From Vulcanimicrobiales bacterium (lineage in GTDB: Bacteria; Vulcanimicrobiota; Vulcanimicrobiia; Vulcanimicrobiales; Vulcanimicrobiaceae): a stretch of DNA of 64,000 nt. The stretch's first letter is position 1. Each line of letters opens with the position of its first letter. Below, piece after piece: positions 11,267-19,984 of this stretch. Below the pieces are notes generated by a model, which worked only from the letters and a program-made list of their open reading frames with translations, had not been told where the DNA came from and did no database searches. The translations under genes and the position numbers were made by a program. Location: positions 1 through 64,000 of the forward strand of contig JBBRLI010000014.1 of NCBI GenBank assembly GCA_038231455.1, given 5' to 3'.

Positions 11267-11918
11267 AGCCGGCTCCGGTCGCATCGCTGAGATGCGATTG
11301 AGCCGAGGCGACGGCAGCATGCGCGGTTTCAGCCAGAACCGCTTTTCCATGTTCGAGGAGGGCGTTTGCGTCGGTCCCATCGGCAGCATCTTTCATGTGT
11401 GAAGCCGCCGATGCAACCGCTGCGTTTGCGGTCTCCGTGAGCACCGATTTGCCGTGCTCGACGAGTTCGCTTGTCGCGCCCTTGGCTTGGTCGACGAGAT
11501 TGTCGCGAATCGGGCCGAGCTTCTCCCGTTCGATATCGGAAATCGGCAAAAGCAGGCCGCCGAGAAAACCGATCGCGAGCGCGCCAATGGCAAGGCCGAG
11601 CGGATTTTCTTGCACGACGCCGATCGCGCGTCGAGCACCGGCTACGCGATCGCCTGCTGCTCCGCCGATTGCGTCCTGGGCATCGGAAACCGTACCGCCG
11701 ACCGCGTCTTTGGCATGGGCAACGCTCCCACCGATCTTGAGCTTCGCCGTCGAGACGGCACCCGCAATCACGCCTTTGACGGTCTCGACGCGTTCGTTCA
11801 CGTTGTCTTTGAGCCGTGCGGGGACATCGGCTTTGTACCCGAGCGCTTCGATCGTCTCGCCCATGCGTCCGCGGGTTTCTTCTATTTCTTGACGGATTTC
11901 GCGGCTGTCTTTGCCCAT
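11250..11918 (-). CDS. DUF3618 domain-containing protein
   Basis: EIRQEIEETRGRMGETIEALGYKADV N-terminus, Ala-rich helical region, ENPLGLAIG membrane anchor. Confidence 0.8.
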   Translation of the reverse strand: MGKDSREIRQEIEETRGRMGETIEALGYKADVPARLKDNVNERVETVKGVIAGAVSTAKLKIGGSVAHAKDAVGGTVSDAQDAIGGAAGDRVAGARRAIGVVQENPLGLAIGALAIGFLGGLLLPISDIEREKLGPIRDNLVDQAKGATSELVEHGKSVLTETANAAVASAASHMKDAADGTDANALLEHGKAVLAETAHAAVASAQSHLSDATGAGSTTAV

Positions 11919-12304
11919 TCGATGTCCTCTTTCACAGTTTGTGTAGTTTGCGGCACCAGCGGCGTCGCGTGTGCTAATTCTTTTTTCCCGTTCATTGCGA
12001 CCACGTACGCAACGACCCCGTAGATCGCAGCGACGATGAGCGCCGAACTCCAGACCGGCAACACCAGCGCGATCGCCGCAACGATCGCGGCGGTCAGCGC
12101 GAAGAATGCGCCAAGCCCGAAAAGCGCCGCGCCGCCGAGCATGCCCGCGCCGGCTCCCGCAGCCTTGCCGCGCTCGGCAAGCTCGGTTTTCGCGAGTTCG
12201 ATCTCTTGGCGGACCAGGGTTGTCGTCTCATTCGCAAGAGCGCGCATCAACTCGGGGATCGACTGCTCATGCAGATCTCCGGTCATCGTTTCGGGCTCAG
12301 TCAT
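11882..12304 (-). CDS. holin-X (Phage_holin_3_6/YhjD-like) membrane protein
   Basis: LVRQEIELAKTEL, two TM segments, PQTTQTVKED; usual partner of DUF3618. Confidence 0.8.
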   Translation of the reverse strand: MTEPETMTGDLHEQSIPELMRALANETTTLVRQEIELAKTELAERGKAAGAGAGMLGGAALFGLGAFFALTAAIVAAIALVLPVWSSALIVAAIYGVVAYVVAMNGKKELAHATPLVPQTTQTVKEDIEWAKTAAKSVKK

Positions 12305-12689
12305 TGGTGTTTGTACGATAGCGCTGAGCGCTTGTGGACTTGAGCAAACGTGAGGCGGCGAATCCTAGCGTCAGCGCTCCAGCCGCGACGGCCCAGGGAC
12401 GTTTGCGCGTGAACGACTCGAGGTCGACGATCAGCCGATCCATATCCGCGTCTTGCAGATAGGTTCCAATGCCCTCGATAGTATCGGCGCCGAAGCGTGC
12501 GAGTCGCGCCGCGCCTTCGCCGGAGACGCCGGTCGCTTCAACTTGGTCGCCAACGGTGCGCAGGTCGCGCGCGGTACTGGAAATTTGTTCGCCGATCATG
12601 GTCGACCGCTCGTCGACCTGTTTGCTCAAAAACGATTTCGTCTGGTCTGCGGCTTGCTGCGCTGCGCCGCTGATATCGAGTTGGTTCAC
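12297..12689 (-). CDS. hypothetical protein (DUF883/ElaB-like C-terminal anchor)
   Basis: GTG at 12689 with SD GGAGGG; C-terminal FTRKRPWAVAAGALTLGFAASRLLK. Confidence 0.65.
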   Translation of the reverse strand: MNQLDISGAAQQAADQTKSFLSKQVDERSTMIGEQISSTARDLRTVGDQVEATGVSGEGAARLARFGADTIEGIGTYLQDADMDRLIVDLESFTRKRPWAVAAGALTLGFAASRLLKSTSAQRYRTNTND

Positions 12690-12843
12690 GGGAACCCTCC
12701 ATTCATGTGGGAGGGCTATGCCCACATTTTCACCGCGAACCAGCGTAACAGAGGCACGCTTGGTTATCCGCGACGTGAAATGCGCTTATCACGGAAGCCC
12801 GCTTCGCACAAAGAGCGGTCTGAGTGACGGCGAAGGAGTGCGT

Positions 12844-13944
12844 GTGAACACGACCGTTGCCCCGGCGCTGCAGAATCTTGCATTCGATCATCTCGAACTC
12901 TACGTCGGCAACGCAAAACAAGCCGCGCATTATTATTGTACCGCATTTGGTTTCGAACTCATCGCTTACCGCGGACCGGAAACGGGCGTCTACGACCGGG
13001 TATCGTATGCGATCCGGCAAAACGAGCTGTGGCTCGTGCTAACCGGTTCGCTCGGTACGCACGATGCGATCGCCGAACACGTCGCCGAGCACGGTGACGG
13101 CGTGCGCGATGTGGCTATCACCGTCGACGATGCGCGCGCAGCATTCGGCGCTGCCGTGGGCGGCGGGGCGCAGCCGGTCACCGATCCATGGAGCACCGAA
13201 GACGCGCACGGCCGCATCGTTTGCGCATCGATTGGGACGTACGGCGATACGATTCACACCTTCGTCGAACGCCGCGGATATACGGGTCCGTTTATGCCGG
13301 GATTCGTGCCGATGACGGGCGCGCACTCGTCCTCCGTCGGACTCACCCACATCGATCACTGCGTCGGAAACGTTGGCTGGAACGAGATGGACCGCTGGGT
13401 GCAGTACTACGAACGGGCGATGGGCTTCACGCAGCTCGTTTCGTTTGACGATAAAGACATCTCGACCGAGTATACGGCACTCAAGTCGAAAGTCGTCACC
13501 GATGCAAACCACCGGGTAAAGCTTCCAATCAACGAGCCCGCCGTCGGCAAGAAGCGCTCGCAGATCGAAGAGTATCTCGACTCGTACCACGGACCCGGTG
13601 TCCAGCATATTGCGATTGCAACAAACGACATCATCGCGACCGTCCGGGCGCTGCGCGAAAACGGCGTCGACTTACTCGAATCTCCCGATTCGTACTACGC
13701 CGAACTCGGCACGCGCATCGGCGCGATCGATGAGGACATCGCGGTCTTACGCGAACTCAATATCCTCGTCGACCGAGATGACCGCGGGTACATGCTGCAG
13801 ATTTTCACCAAACCACTGCAGGATCGTCCGACGATGTTCTTTGAGATCATCCAGCGCCACGGTAGTCTGTCGTTCGGAAAAGGCAATTTCAAAGCGCTCT
13901 TCGTCTCGATCGAAGCCGAACAAGCCAAGCGCGGCGCGCTCTAA
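12844..13944 (+). CDS. hppD: 4-hydroxyphenylpyruvate dioxygenase
   Basis: HGDGV, IDHCVGN, PINEP, GVQHIA, LQIFTKP, FEIIQR and FGKGNFKALF; start set at GTG 12844. Confidence 0.97.
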   Translation: MNTTVAPALQNLAFDHLELYVGNAKQAAHYYCTAFGFELIAYRGPETGVYDRVSYAIRQNELWLVLTGSLGTHDAIAEHVAEHGDGVRDVAITVDDARAAFGAAVGGGAQPVTDPWSTEDAHGRIVCASIGTYGDTIHTFVERRGYTGPFMPGFVPMTGAHSSSVGLTHIDHCVGNVGWNEMDRWVQYYERAMGFTQLVSFDDKDISTEYTALKSKVVTDANHRVKLPINEPAVGKKRSQIEEYLDSYHGPGVQHIAIATNDIIATVRALRENGVDLLESPDSYYAELGTRIGAIDEDIAVLRELNILVDRDDRGYMLQIFTKPLQDRPTMFFEIIQRHGSLSFGKGNFKALFVSIEAEQAKRGAL

Positions 13945-14297
13945 GCGCCAACGAGAGCGAGAAATCGCACGGCGGCAGCGATCGTCGGTGCATGCGCGAT
14001 GGGCAGGACCCGGTCCCGCTCGAAATACGAGAGCGCGGCGTTACGATCGTCGATCACGACAACGAAATGTTGACCCGCGTCGAGCGTCGCCCGGATGTGG
14101 TCGCAGACGCCGAGTGCGTCCCGATCGATCCGCGAACACTGTGCAAGGGAGAGCACGATGCTCTCGTGCGTTGCCAGCGGCTCGGCCACGGCGGCCGCGA
14201 GCGCCTGGGCACCGGCGGCGTCGAAGTCGCCCGACGCGATGATGAGCGTCGTGCGTTCGGTCAACCGGTGGACATCGAAAGTAGCCGTCACGTCCAC
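13941..14297 (-). CDS. STAS-domain (anti-sigma antagonist-like) protein
   Basis: 118 aa; SGDFDAAG and IVLSLAQCSRIDRDALGV resemble the STAS fold. Confidence 0.6.
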   Translation of the reverse strand: MDVTATFDVHRLTERTTLIIASGDFDAAGAQALAAAVAEPLATHESIVLSLAQCSRIDRDALGVCDHIRATLDAGQHFVVVIDDRNAALSYFERDRVLPIAHAPTIAAAVRFLALVGA

Positions 14298-14349
14298 CTA
14301 AGCGTAGAGGCTCGCCCCGCGGACCACGGTGCTGGAAATCACGCGGTCG

Positions 14350-14376
14350 TAAACTTTCCCGGTCGGGAGCCGAAAG
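14350..14376 (+). promoter_or_regulatory. putative sigma28 (FliA/WhiG)-type promoter
   Basis: TAAA (14350-14353), 15-nt spacer, GCCGAAAG (14369-14376); consensus is TAAA-N15-GCCGATAA. Confidence 0.55.
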
Positions 14377-14382
14377 CAAATT

Positions 14383-14451
14383 ATGAAGGAACGCCCGTTC
14401 GCCGATTTCTTGATCGGCGCGCTCGCCTGCATTTCTCTCCTTGCGGTCTAA
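14383..14451 (+). CDS. putative 22-aa hydrophobic peptide (MKERPFADFLIGALACISLLAV)
   Basis: ATG 6 nt after the sigma28-like -10 box, no SD, fills an intergenic gap; below the ORF-track length cutoff. Confidence 0.4.
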   Translation: MKERPFADFLIGALACISLLAV

Positions 14452-14457
14452 ACGCTC

Positions 14458-14703
14458 GTGAACACCACGCAGAACGATGCGCCGCGGGCTACCGAGCCGG
14501 AGCGCCGGCATCACGACGACGAACGCTTCGAGCTGCCGAAGCGACGCCGACGCAAACGGACCGTCGAAGATGCTTGCCGCCACTGCGCGGGCTCGGGGGC
14601 GTGCGTCCAGTGCGGACCCCAACCGTGCCGCGTCTGCCGCGGCAACGGCATTCAACCACGCGATCCCGCCTTGCTCGCGCGCCTCGACGCCCTCTGGGGG
14701 TAG
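14458..14703 (+). CDS. small Cys-rich protein with DnaJ-type CxxCxGxG repeats
   Basis: CRHCAGSG, CVQC and CRVCRGNG. Confidence 0.6.
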   Translation: MNTTQNDAPRATEPERRHHDDERFELPKRRRRKRTVEDACRHCAGSGACVQCGPQPCRVCRGNGIQPRDPALLARLDALWG

Positions 14704-14733
14704 CGGGAGCGCCTGCCGAAGGCTCCGCTACCA

Positions 14734-15609
14734 ATGATTCTCTCACCAACGACCGATGCCGTCATGCTCGAAGCGCGCGCGGCAACCTTCGCGAAGCGGT
14801 CGATCAAGACCGAATCAAAACGCGAAGCGATCGATCTTGCGATCCGCTGTATCGACCTGACGACGCTGGAGGGACGCGATACGCCCGGTCGCGTCGTAAC
14901 GCTGTGCGCAAAAGCGCTCGCGCCGGGAGAGGGCGCGCCGCCGGTTGCTGCGGTGTGCGTCTATCCGAATCTCGTGGAGGTCGCAAAAGCGGCACTCGTC
15001 GGTTCGCGAGTCGCCGTTGCTTCGGTCGCGACGTCATTTCCGAGCGGCCTTTCATCGCTTACGGTGCGTTTGGCCGACACGCGCGCGGCTCTGGACGCGG
15101 GTGCCGACGAAATCGATATGGTAATCGATCGCGGAGCATTTTTGGCGGGCGACGAAGCGCGCGTCGCGCGGGAAATCGCCGCCGTCAAAGACGTTTGCGG
15201 CGCGGTGCATCTCAAAGTTATTCTCGAAACCGGGGAACTCGGTTCGTACGACGCGATCCGTCGCGCAAGCGACATCGCGCTCAAGAACGGTGCCGACTTC
15301 ATCAAAACGTCGACCGGAAAAATCGGGACTTCGGCGACGCTTCCGACGGCGCTTGTCATGTGCGAGGCGATTCGTGATTTTCAGCGCCGCACGGGCGAAC
15401 GGCGCGGACTCAAAATAGCAGGCGGCGTGCGTACGACAAAATCGGCGATCGCCTATCTTGTACTCGTCGCCGAAACACTCGGCGATGCATGGCTCGATCC
15501 CGCGCTCTTTCGCATCGGCGCCTCGGCGCTGCTCGACGATCTGCTCATGCAACGTCAATCCGGTCGCACCGGCCGCTACGCATCCGTCGACTACTTCCCG
15601 AAGGACTAA
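14734..15609 (+). CDS. deoC: deoxyribose-phosphate aldolase
   Basis: IDLTTL, GADEIDMVI, LKVILETGEL, FIKTSTGK, KIAGG and FRIGAS. Confidence 0.95.
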   Translation: MILSPTTDAVMLEARAATFAKRSIKTESKREAIDLAIRCIDLTTLEGRDTPGRVVTLCAKALAPGEGAPPVAAVCVYPNLVEVAKAALVGSRVAVASVATSFPSGLSSLTVRLADTRAALDAGADEIDMVIDRGAFLAGDEARVAREIAAVKDVCGAVHLKVILETGELGSYDAIRRASDIALKNGADFIKTSTGKIGTSATLPTALVMCEAIRDFQRRTGERRGLKIAGGVRTTKSAIAYLVLVAETLGDAWLDPALFRIGASALLDDLLMQRQSGRTGRYASVDYFPKD

Positions 15610-15612
15610 CCG

Positions 15613-17055
15613 ATGTCGCTGCTCACCTACGCACCTGCGCTCGAATCAACAGCACCCGCAAAGATCGCCGAGCGCTACGACCATTTCATCGGCGGCAAGT
15701 GGACGCCCTCAGCGAGCGGCACGACCTTCTTTACGACCAACCCCGCGACGGAAGCACCGATCGCGCAAGTTGCAAGCGGTGATCCGCGCGACATCGATCG
15801 GGCCGTCGCTGCGGCACGCACGGCTTACGACAAATACTGGAAATCGATGCGCCCGGCGGAACGCGCGAAATATATCTACCGAATCGCGCGGGCGATTACC
15901 GAACGCTCGCGCGAACTTGCCATCGTCGAGACGATCGACGGCGGCAAGCCGATCAAAGAATCCCGCGACTTCGATATCCCGCAGGCGGCCGCACACTTCT
16001 TCTATTATGCCGGCTGGGCTGATAAACTTAGCTGGGCGCTACGGGCCGGCCGTATCCCGGAGTCGCTCGGCGTCGTCGGGGCGATCGTACCTTGGAATTT
16101 TCCCCTTTTGATGGCGGCGTGGAAGATCGCACCCGCAATCGCCTGCGGTAATACGATCGTTCTCAAGCCTGCGGAAACAACGCCCCTCACCGCGCTCTTT
16201 CTTGCACAGATCATCGAAGATGCCGATCTTCCGCCGGGCGTGGTCAACGTCGTAACGGGCGACGGTGCGACAGGCGCGGCGCTTGTAGCACACGGCGATG
16301 TCGATAAGATCGCCTTTACGGGATCGACCGAGGTTGGCAAGATCATCCAACGCACGATCGCCGGTACCGAAAAGTCGCTCACGCTCGAACTCGGCGGCAA
16401 AGCGGCCAACATCGTCTTCGCCGATGCCTCGCTCGATCAGGCCGTCGAGGGAGTGGTGAATGGCATCTATTTCAATCAAGGACACGTGTGTTGCGCCGGA
16501 TCGCGCCTGCTCGTCCAAGAAAACGTGCACGATGCCGTCGTCGAACGCTTGCGCGAGCGCATCGGGACGCTTCGCCTCGGCAATCCGCTCGACAAGAATA
16601 CCGACATCGGCGCGATCAATTCGCGCGCGCAACACCAAAAAATTCTGGAACTCATCGCAAGCGGAGTCGCCGAGGGTGCAACGCTCGTGCAGGCTCAAGC
16701 GGAACTGCCGGAAGCCGGATTTTGGATTCCGCCGAGCTTCTTTACGGGTGTCAGCCCGGCACTGCGCATCGCGAAGGAAGAGATTTTCGGACCCGTCCTC
16801 TCGATCATGACGTTCCGCACCGCCGACGAAGCCATCGAGAAAGCGAATAACACGCCATACGGGCTTTCCGCGGGCGTTTGGACCGACAAAGGCGCGAAGA
16901 GCATGTACGTCGCTCAGCGTCTGCGAGCGGGCGTCGTGTGGTGCAACACGTTCAACCAGTTCGACCCGAGCTCGCCGTTCGGAGGCTATCGCGAGTCCGG
17001 CTTCGGACGTGAGGGTGGCATCGCCGGGCTCGAGGCATATCTAGCCGACAAGTAG
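15613..17055 (+). CDS. NAD(P)-dependent aldehyde dehydrogenase
   Basis: PWNFP, KPAETT, FTGST, LELGGK, catalytic Cys region GHVCCAGS, EEIFGP. Confidence 0.95.
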   Translation: MSLLTYAPALESTAPAKIAERYDHFIGGKWTPSASGTTFFTTNPATEAPIAQVASGDPRDIDRAVAAARTAYDKYWKSMRPAERAKYIYRIARAITERSRELAIVETIDGGKPIKESRDFDIPQAAAHFFYYAGWADKLSWALRAGRIPESLGVVGAIVPWNFPLLMAAWKIAPAIACGNTIVLKPAETTPLTALFLAQIIEDADLPPGVVNVVTGDGATGAALVAHGDVDKIAFTGSTEVGKIIQRTIAGTEKSLTLELGGKAANIVFADASLDQAVEGVVNGIYFNQGHVCCAGSRLLVQENVHDAVVERLRERIGTLRLGNPLDKNTDIGAINSRAQHQKILELIASGVAEGATLVQAQAELPEAGFWIPPSFFTGVSPALRIAKEEIFGPVLSIMTFRTADEAIEKANNTPYGLSAGVWTDKGAKSMYVAQRLRAGVVWCNTFNQFDPSSPFGGYRESGFGREGGIAGLEAYLADK

Positions 17056-17073
17056 GCAAGCTATCGGCACGCT

Positions 17074-19941
17074 GTGCCTCTGCCGATAACCCAGGTAGTG
17101 CTTGCTTTTTCCCAATTTGACCGTTGGCATGAAGCGCTCGTCGTTGTTACACGCTCAGGCGTTGTTTCGCGTGCCAACTCGGCAGCGCTCCTGGCTCTTC
17201 GTCGCAGCGAAGACCGGCTCGTCGGTCAGCCAATCGCCGTCCTCGCCCCGGCACTTGGCCTGGCTCTCGAGCGCATGTCGCATGCATCGGATCTGCGCGG
17301 CATTCGCACATCCGTTGAGATCGACGGTCGGCCGTTCGAGATCATCGGCTATCCCGATGCTCCCGGCACGAGCGAATTCGTACTCGCACTCATCGCGCAG
17401 AGCGATAGCTCGACGGCCGGGCTGACCGATACAAATCGCCTTCTGGCTTATCACACCGAACACAGTCCGCTTGCCGTTATCGAATGGGACGACCAATTTC
17501 GTATCGTTAATTGGTCGCCACGTGCCGAGTTGATTTTTGGTTGGTCCTTCGCGGACGTGTTCCACAAGAAGCTCGATGAATTTCCGCTCGTTCATCGCGA
17601 CGATCTCAAAGCGGTCATTGCAACGGCAAGCGAGCTCGTTTCGGGGACCATTTCGGGGAACACCTCAACGAACCGGAACAACACCAAAGCGGGCACCGTC
17701 ATCACCTGCAATTGGTTTAATTCTTACGTGCCGCGTGCCGGATCGTTTTCGATCCTTTCGCTCGTCGAGGACATCAGTGCGTCGGTCGAGGCGCGCTCGG
17801 AGGCCGAAGAGAGTGAGGAACGCTTCCGCTCGCTCTTTGAGATGAGTCCCGATCCGATGTTCAGCGTCAAGCTCGACGGAACGGTCGCGCGTTCGAATGC
17901 GGCAGCGAGCATCGTTCACGGCTTCGCGCCCGGCGAACTGCTGGGGAGGACGGTGAGCGAGTTGCTCGCCGTCGAAACCACAGAAGCGATCCGCTCCGCA
18001 AACGCGGCCGTCATCGCGCGGAAGACGTTCTCCGCCGAAGTGCTCGCGCGGCATAAACGTGGTAGCGTGTTCCCGGTTCTCGTCACCGTCATTCCGATGG
18101 TGCAACGCGGTGATGTTGTCGGTGCCCACGTCATTGCCCGCGACCTCACCGCAACGCGCGCCGCCGAACGCGCGGTCGCAACGCAAGCCGAACGCATTCG
18201 CGAACTGTACTTGGTCGCCGTCAATGCGAACGCGACCGCCGAGCGTCAAATTGCAGCGACGCTCGAGGCCGGCTGCCGATTGATCGGCGCGACGGCGGCG
18301 GCGATTTACGATGCAACCGACGATCGCACGATGGCATCCGTCGGCGGCACGATTTCACGCCGGCTGTGCCGCTTGCCGATTGCCACGCAGGGACCTCTTG
18401 CAATCGAAGATCTGCACGGCATTCCGTGGATCGGCGATGACGACGGCGACGGTGCGGGTTCGTATCTCGGAACGCCGATCGACGTGCTCGAAACGCGCTT
18501 CGGTTCGCTCAGTTTCATCTCGCGCGAACCACGCACTGAATGGTCGGCGATCGACCGGGATCTGGTTCAACTCATGGGCGCGCTCATCGGCTCGGCGATC
18601 GAACGCAGCCGCGCGCGCTCGCATCTGCGTGTGCTCGCTTATCACGACCCGCTCACCGGCCTGCCCAATCGCGCGTCCTTCGTCGAACGGCTAAAGACGG
18701 CAATTGAAGACGCCTCGCTGAGCGGACGGACCGTCGGCGTGCTGTTCCTCGATCTCGACAACTTCAAAGACATCAACGATTCGCGCGGGCACGCCGTCGG
18801 TGACCGTCTCCTGCAAACCGTCGGCGAACGGCTCTCGGCATGCGTGGGGACCAAAGGATTGATCGCACGTATGGGCGGCGATGAGTTCATTGCACTCGTG
18901 CCGGATGCCGATACGGTCTCGCTCACGGATCTTGCCGCGGCCATGCTCGCGACGGTGGACGATCCGCTCATGATCGACGGCTTCGAACAAGACATTACAA
19001 CCAGCATTGGCGTTGCAACGTATCCGCACGACGGCCACGATGCCGAGACGCTCGTCAAACATGCCGATGTCGCGATGTACCGGGCGAAAGAAAAAGGGCG
19101 CAACGGCGTGCAGTTCTTTACCCCCGCGCTCAACGCTGCCCTCAACACGCGACTCTCGCAAGAGAAAAGTCTGCGCAAGGCGCTCGAGCGCAATGAGTTC
19201 GTCGTATACTATCAGCCGCAAATCGACATCCCCACGCGCCGAATCGTTGCCGTCGAAGCGCTGGTGCGCTGGAATCATCCCCGCCTGGGCTTGGTGTTGC
19301 CGGATCAATTCATTCCCAGTGCGGAACTCTCCGGACTTATCGTTGCCCTCGGTGATTGGGTTACCGAAACGGCCTGCCGCGATGTCGCACGTTGGTGCCA
19401 GCGGACCGGCGAGACACTCAAAGTCGCGGTCAATCTCTCCGCGCGACAATTCCATCAAACACATCTCGCGCACAAGATTAGCGATATCATCTCGCGCACC
19501 GGCTTGCCGCACGCCGCTCTCGAAATCGAAATCACCGAGAGCGTTGCAATGAACGACGCCGAGCAAACGCGTACGATCATGGCGGAACTCCAGCGCGCCG
19601 GTGTTGGGATCTCGGTCGACGACTTTGGGACCGGCTACAGTTCGCTTGGCTACTTGCGCCGTTTTCCGCTCGATGCGATCAAGATCGACAAATCGTTTGT
19701 TCGTGATATTCTGACCGAACCGGACGACGCGACGATCGTGCGAACCGTCATCGGCATGGCACATAGTCTCGGTCTCGAGGTCGTCGCCGAAGGCGTTGAA
19801 ACCGAAGAGCAGCTCACGTTCCTGGCCGGGCAAGGCTGCGACCGCGCCCAAGGGTATCTCTTCTCGAAGGCCGTCCCCGCACAAACGATCTTTGACGTCG
19901 ACCGCGTCCTGCAGCTCGGCGGGATCGTCTCGAGGGGATAG
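17074..19941 (+). CDS. PAS/GAF-GGDEF-EAL diguanylate cyclase/phosphodiesterase
   Basis: Three PAS-like segments, GAF, HDPLTGLPNR, intact GGDEF, EAL and DDFGTGYSS; start may be GTG 17098. Confidence 0.93.
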   Translation: MPLPITQVVLAFSQFDRWHEALVVVTRSGVVSRANSAALLALRRSEDRLVGQPIAVLAPALGLALERMSHASDLRGIRTSVEIDGRPFEIIGYPDAPGTSEFVLALIAQSDSSTAGLTDTNRLLAYHTEHSPLAVIEWDDQFRIVNWSPRAELIFGWSFADVFHKKLDEFPLVHRDDLKAVIATASELVSGTISGNTSTNRNNTKAGTVITCNWFNSYVPRAGSFSILSLVEDISASVEARSEAEESEERFRSLFEMSPDPMFSVKLDGTVARSNAAASIVHGFAPGELLGRTVSELLAVETTEAIRSANAAVIARKTFSAEVLARHKRGSVFPVLVTVIPMVQRGDVVGAHVIARDLTATRAAERAVATQAERIRELYLVAVNANATAERQIAATLEAGCRLIGATAAAIYDATDDRTMASVGGTISRRLCRLPIATQGPLAIEDLHGIPWIGDDDGDGAGSYLGTPIDVLETRFGSLSFISREPRTEWSAIDRDLVQLMGALIGSAIERSRARSHLRVLAYHDPLTGLPNRASFVERLKTAIEDASLSGRTVGVLFLDLDNFKDINDSRGHAVGDRLLQTVGERLSACVGTKGLIARMGGDEFIALVPDADTVSLTDLAAAMLATVDDPLMIDGFEQDITTSIGVATYPHDGHDAETLVKHADVAMYRAKEKGRNGVQFFTPALNAALNTRLSQEKSLRKALERNEFVVYYQPQIDIPTRRIVAVEALVRWNHPRLGLVLPDQFIPSAELSGLIVALGDWVTETACRDVARWCQRTGETLKVAVNLSARQFHQTHLAHKISDIISRTGLPHAALEIEITESVAMNDAEQTRTIMAELQRAGVGISVDDFGTGYSSLGYLRRFPLDAIKIDKSFVRDILTEPDDATIVRTVIGMAHSLGLEVVAEGVETEEQLTFLAGQGCDRAQGYLFSKAVPAQTIFDVDRVLQLGGIVSRG

Positions 19942-19984
19942 GCGCAACGCTTCATCCCGAATTGGGGTAGAACAAGGCGTGACC

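Noticed and set aside
11882-12304. Holin as a prophage marker
   Set aside because: No endolysin, structural or integrase genes nearby; this family commonly occurs in host operons with DUF3618.
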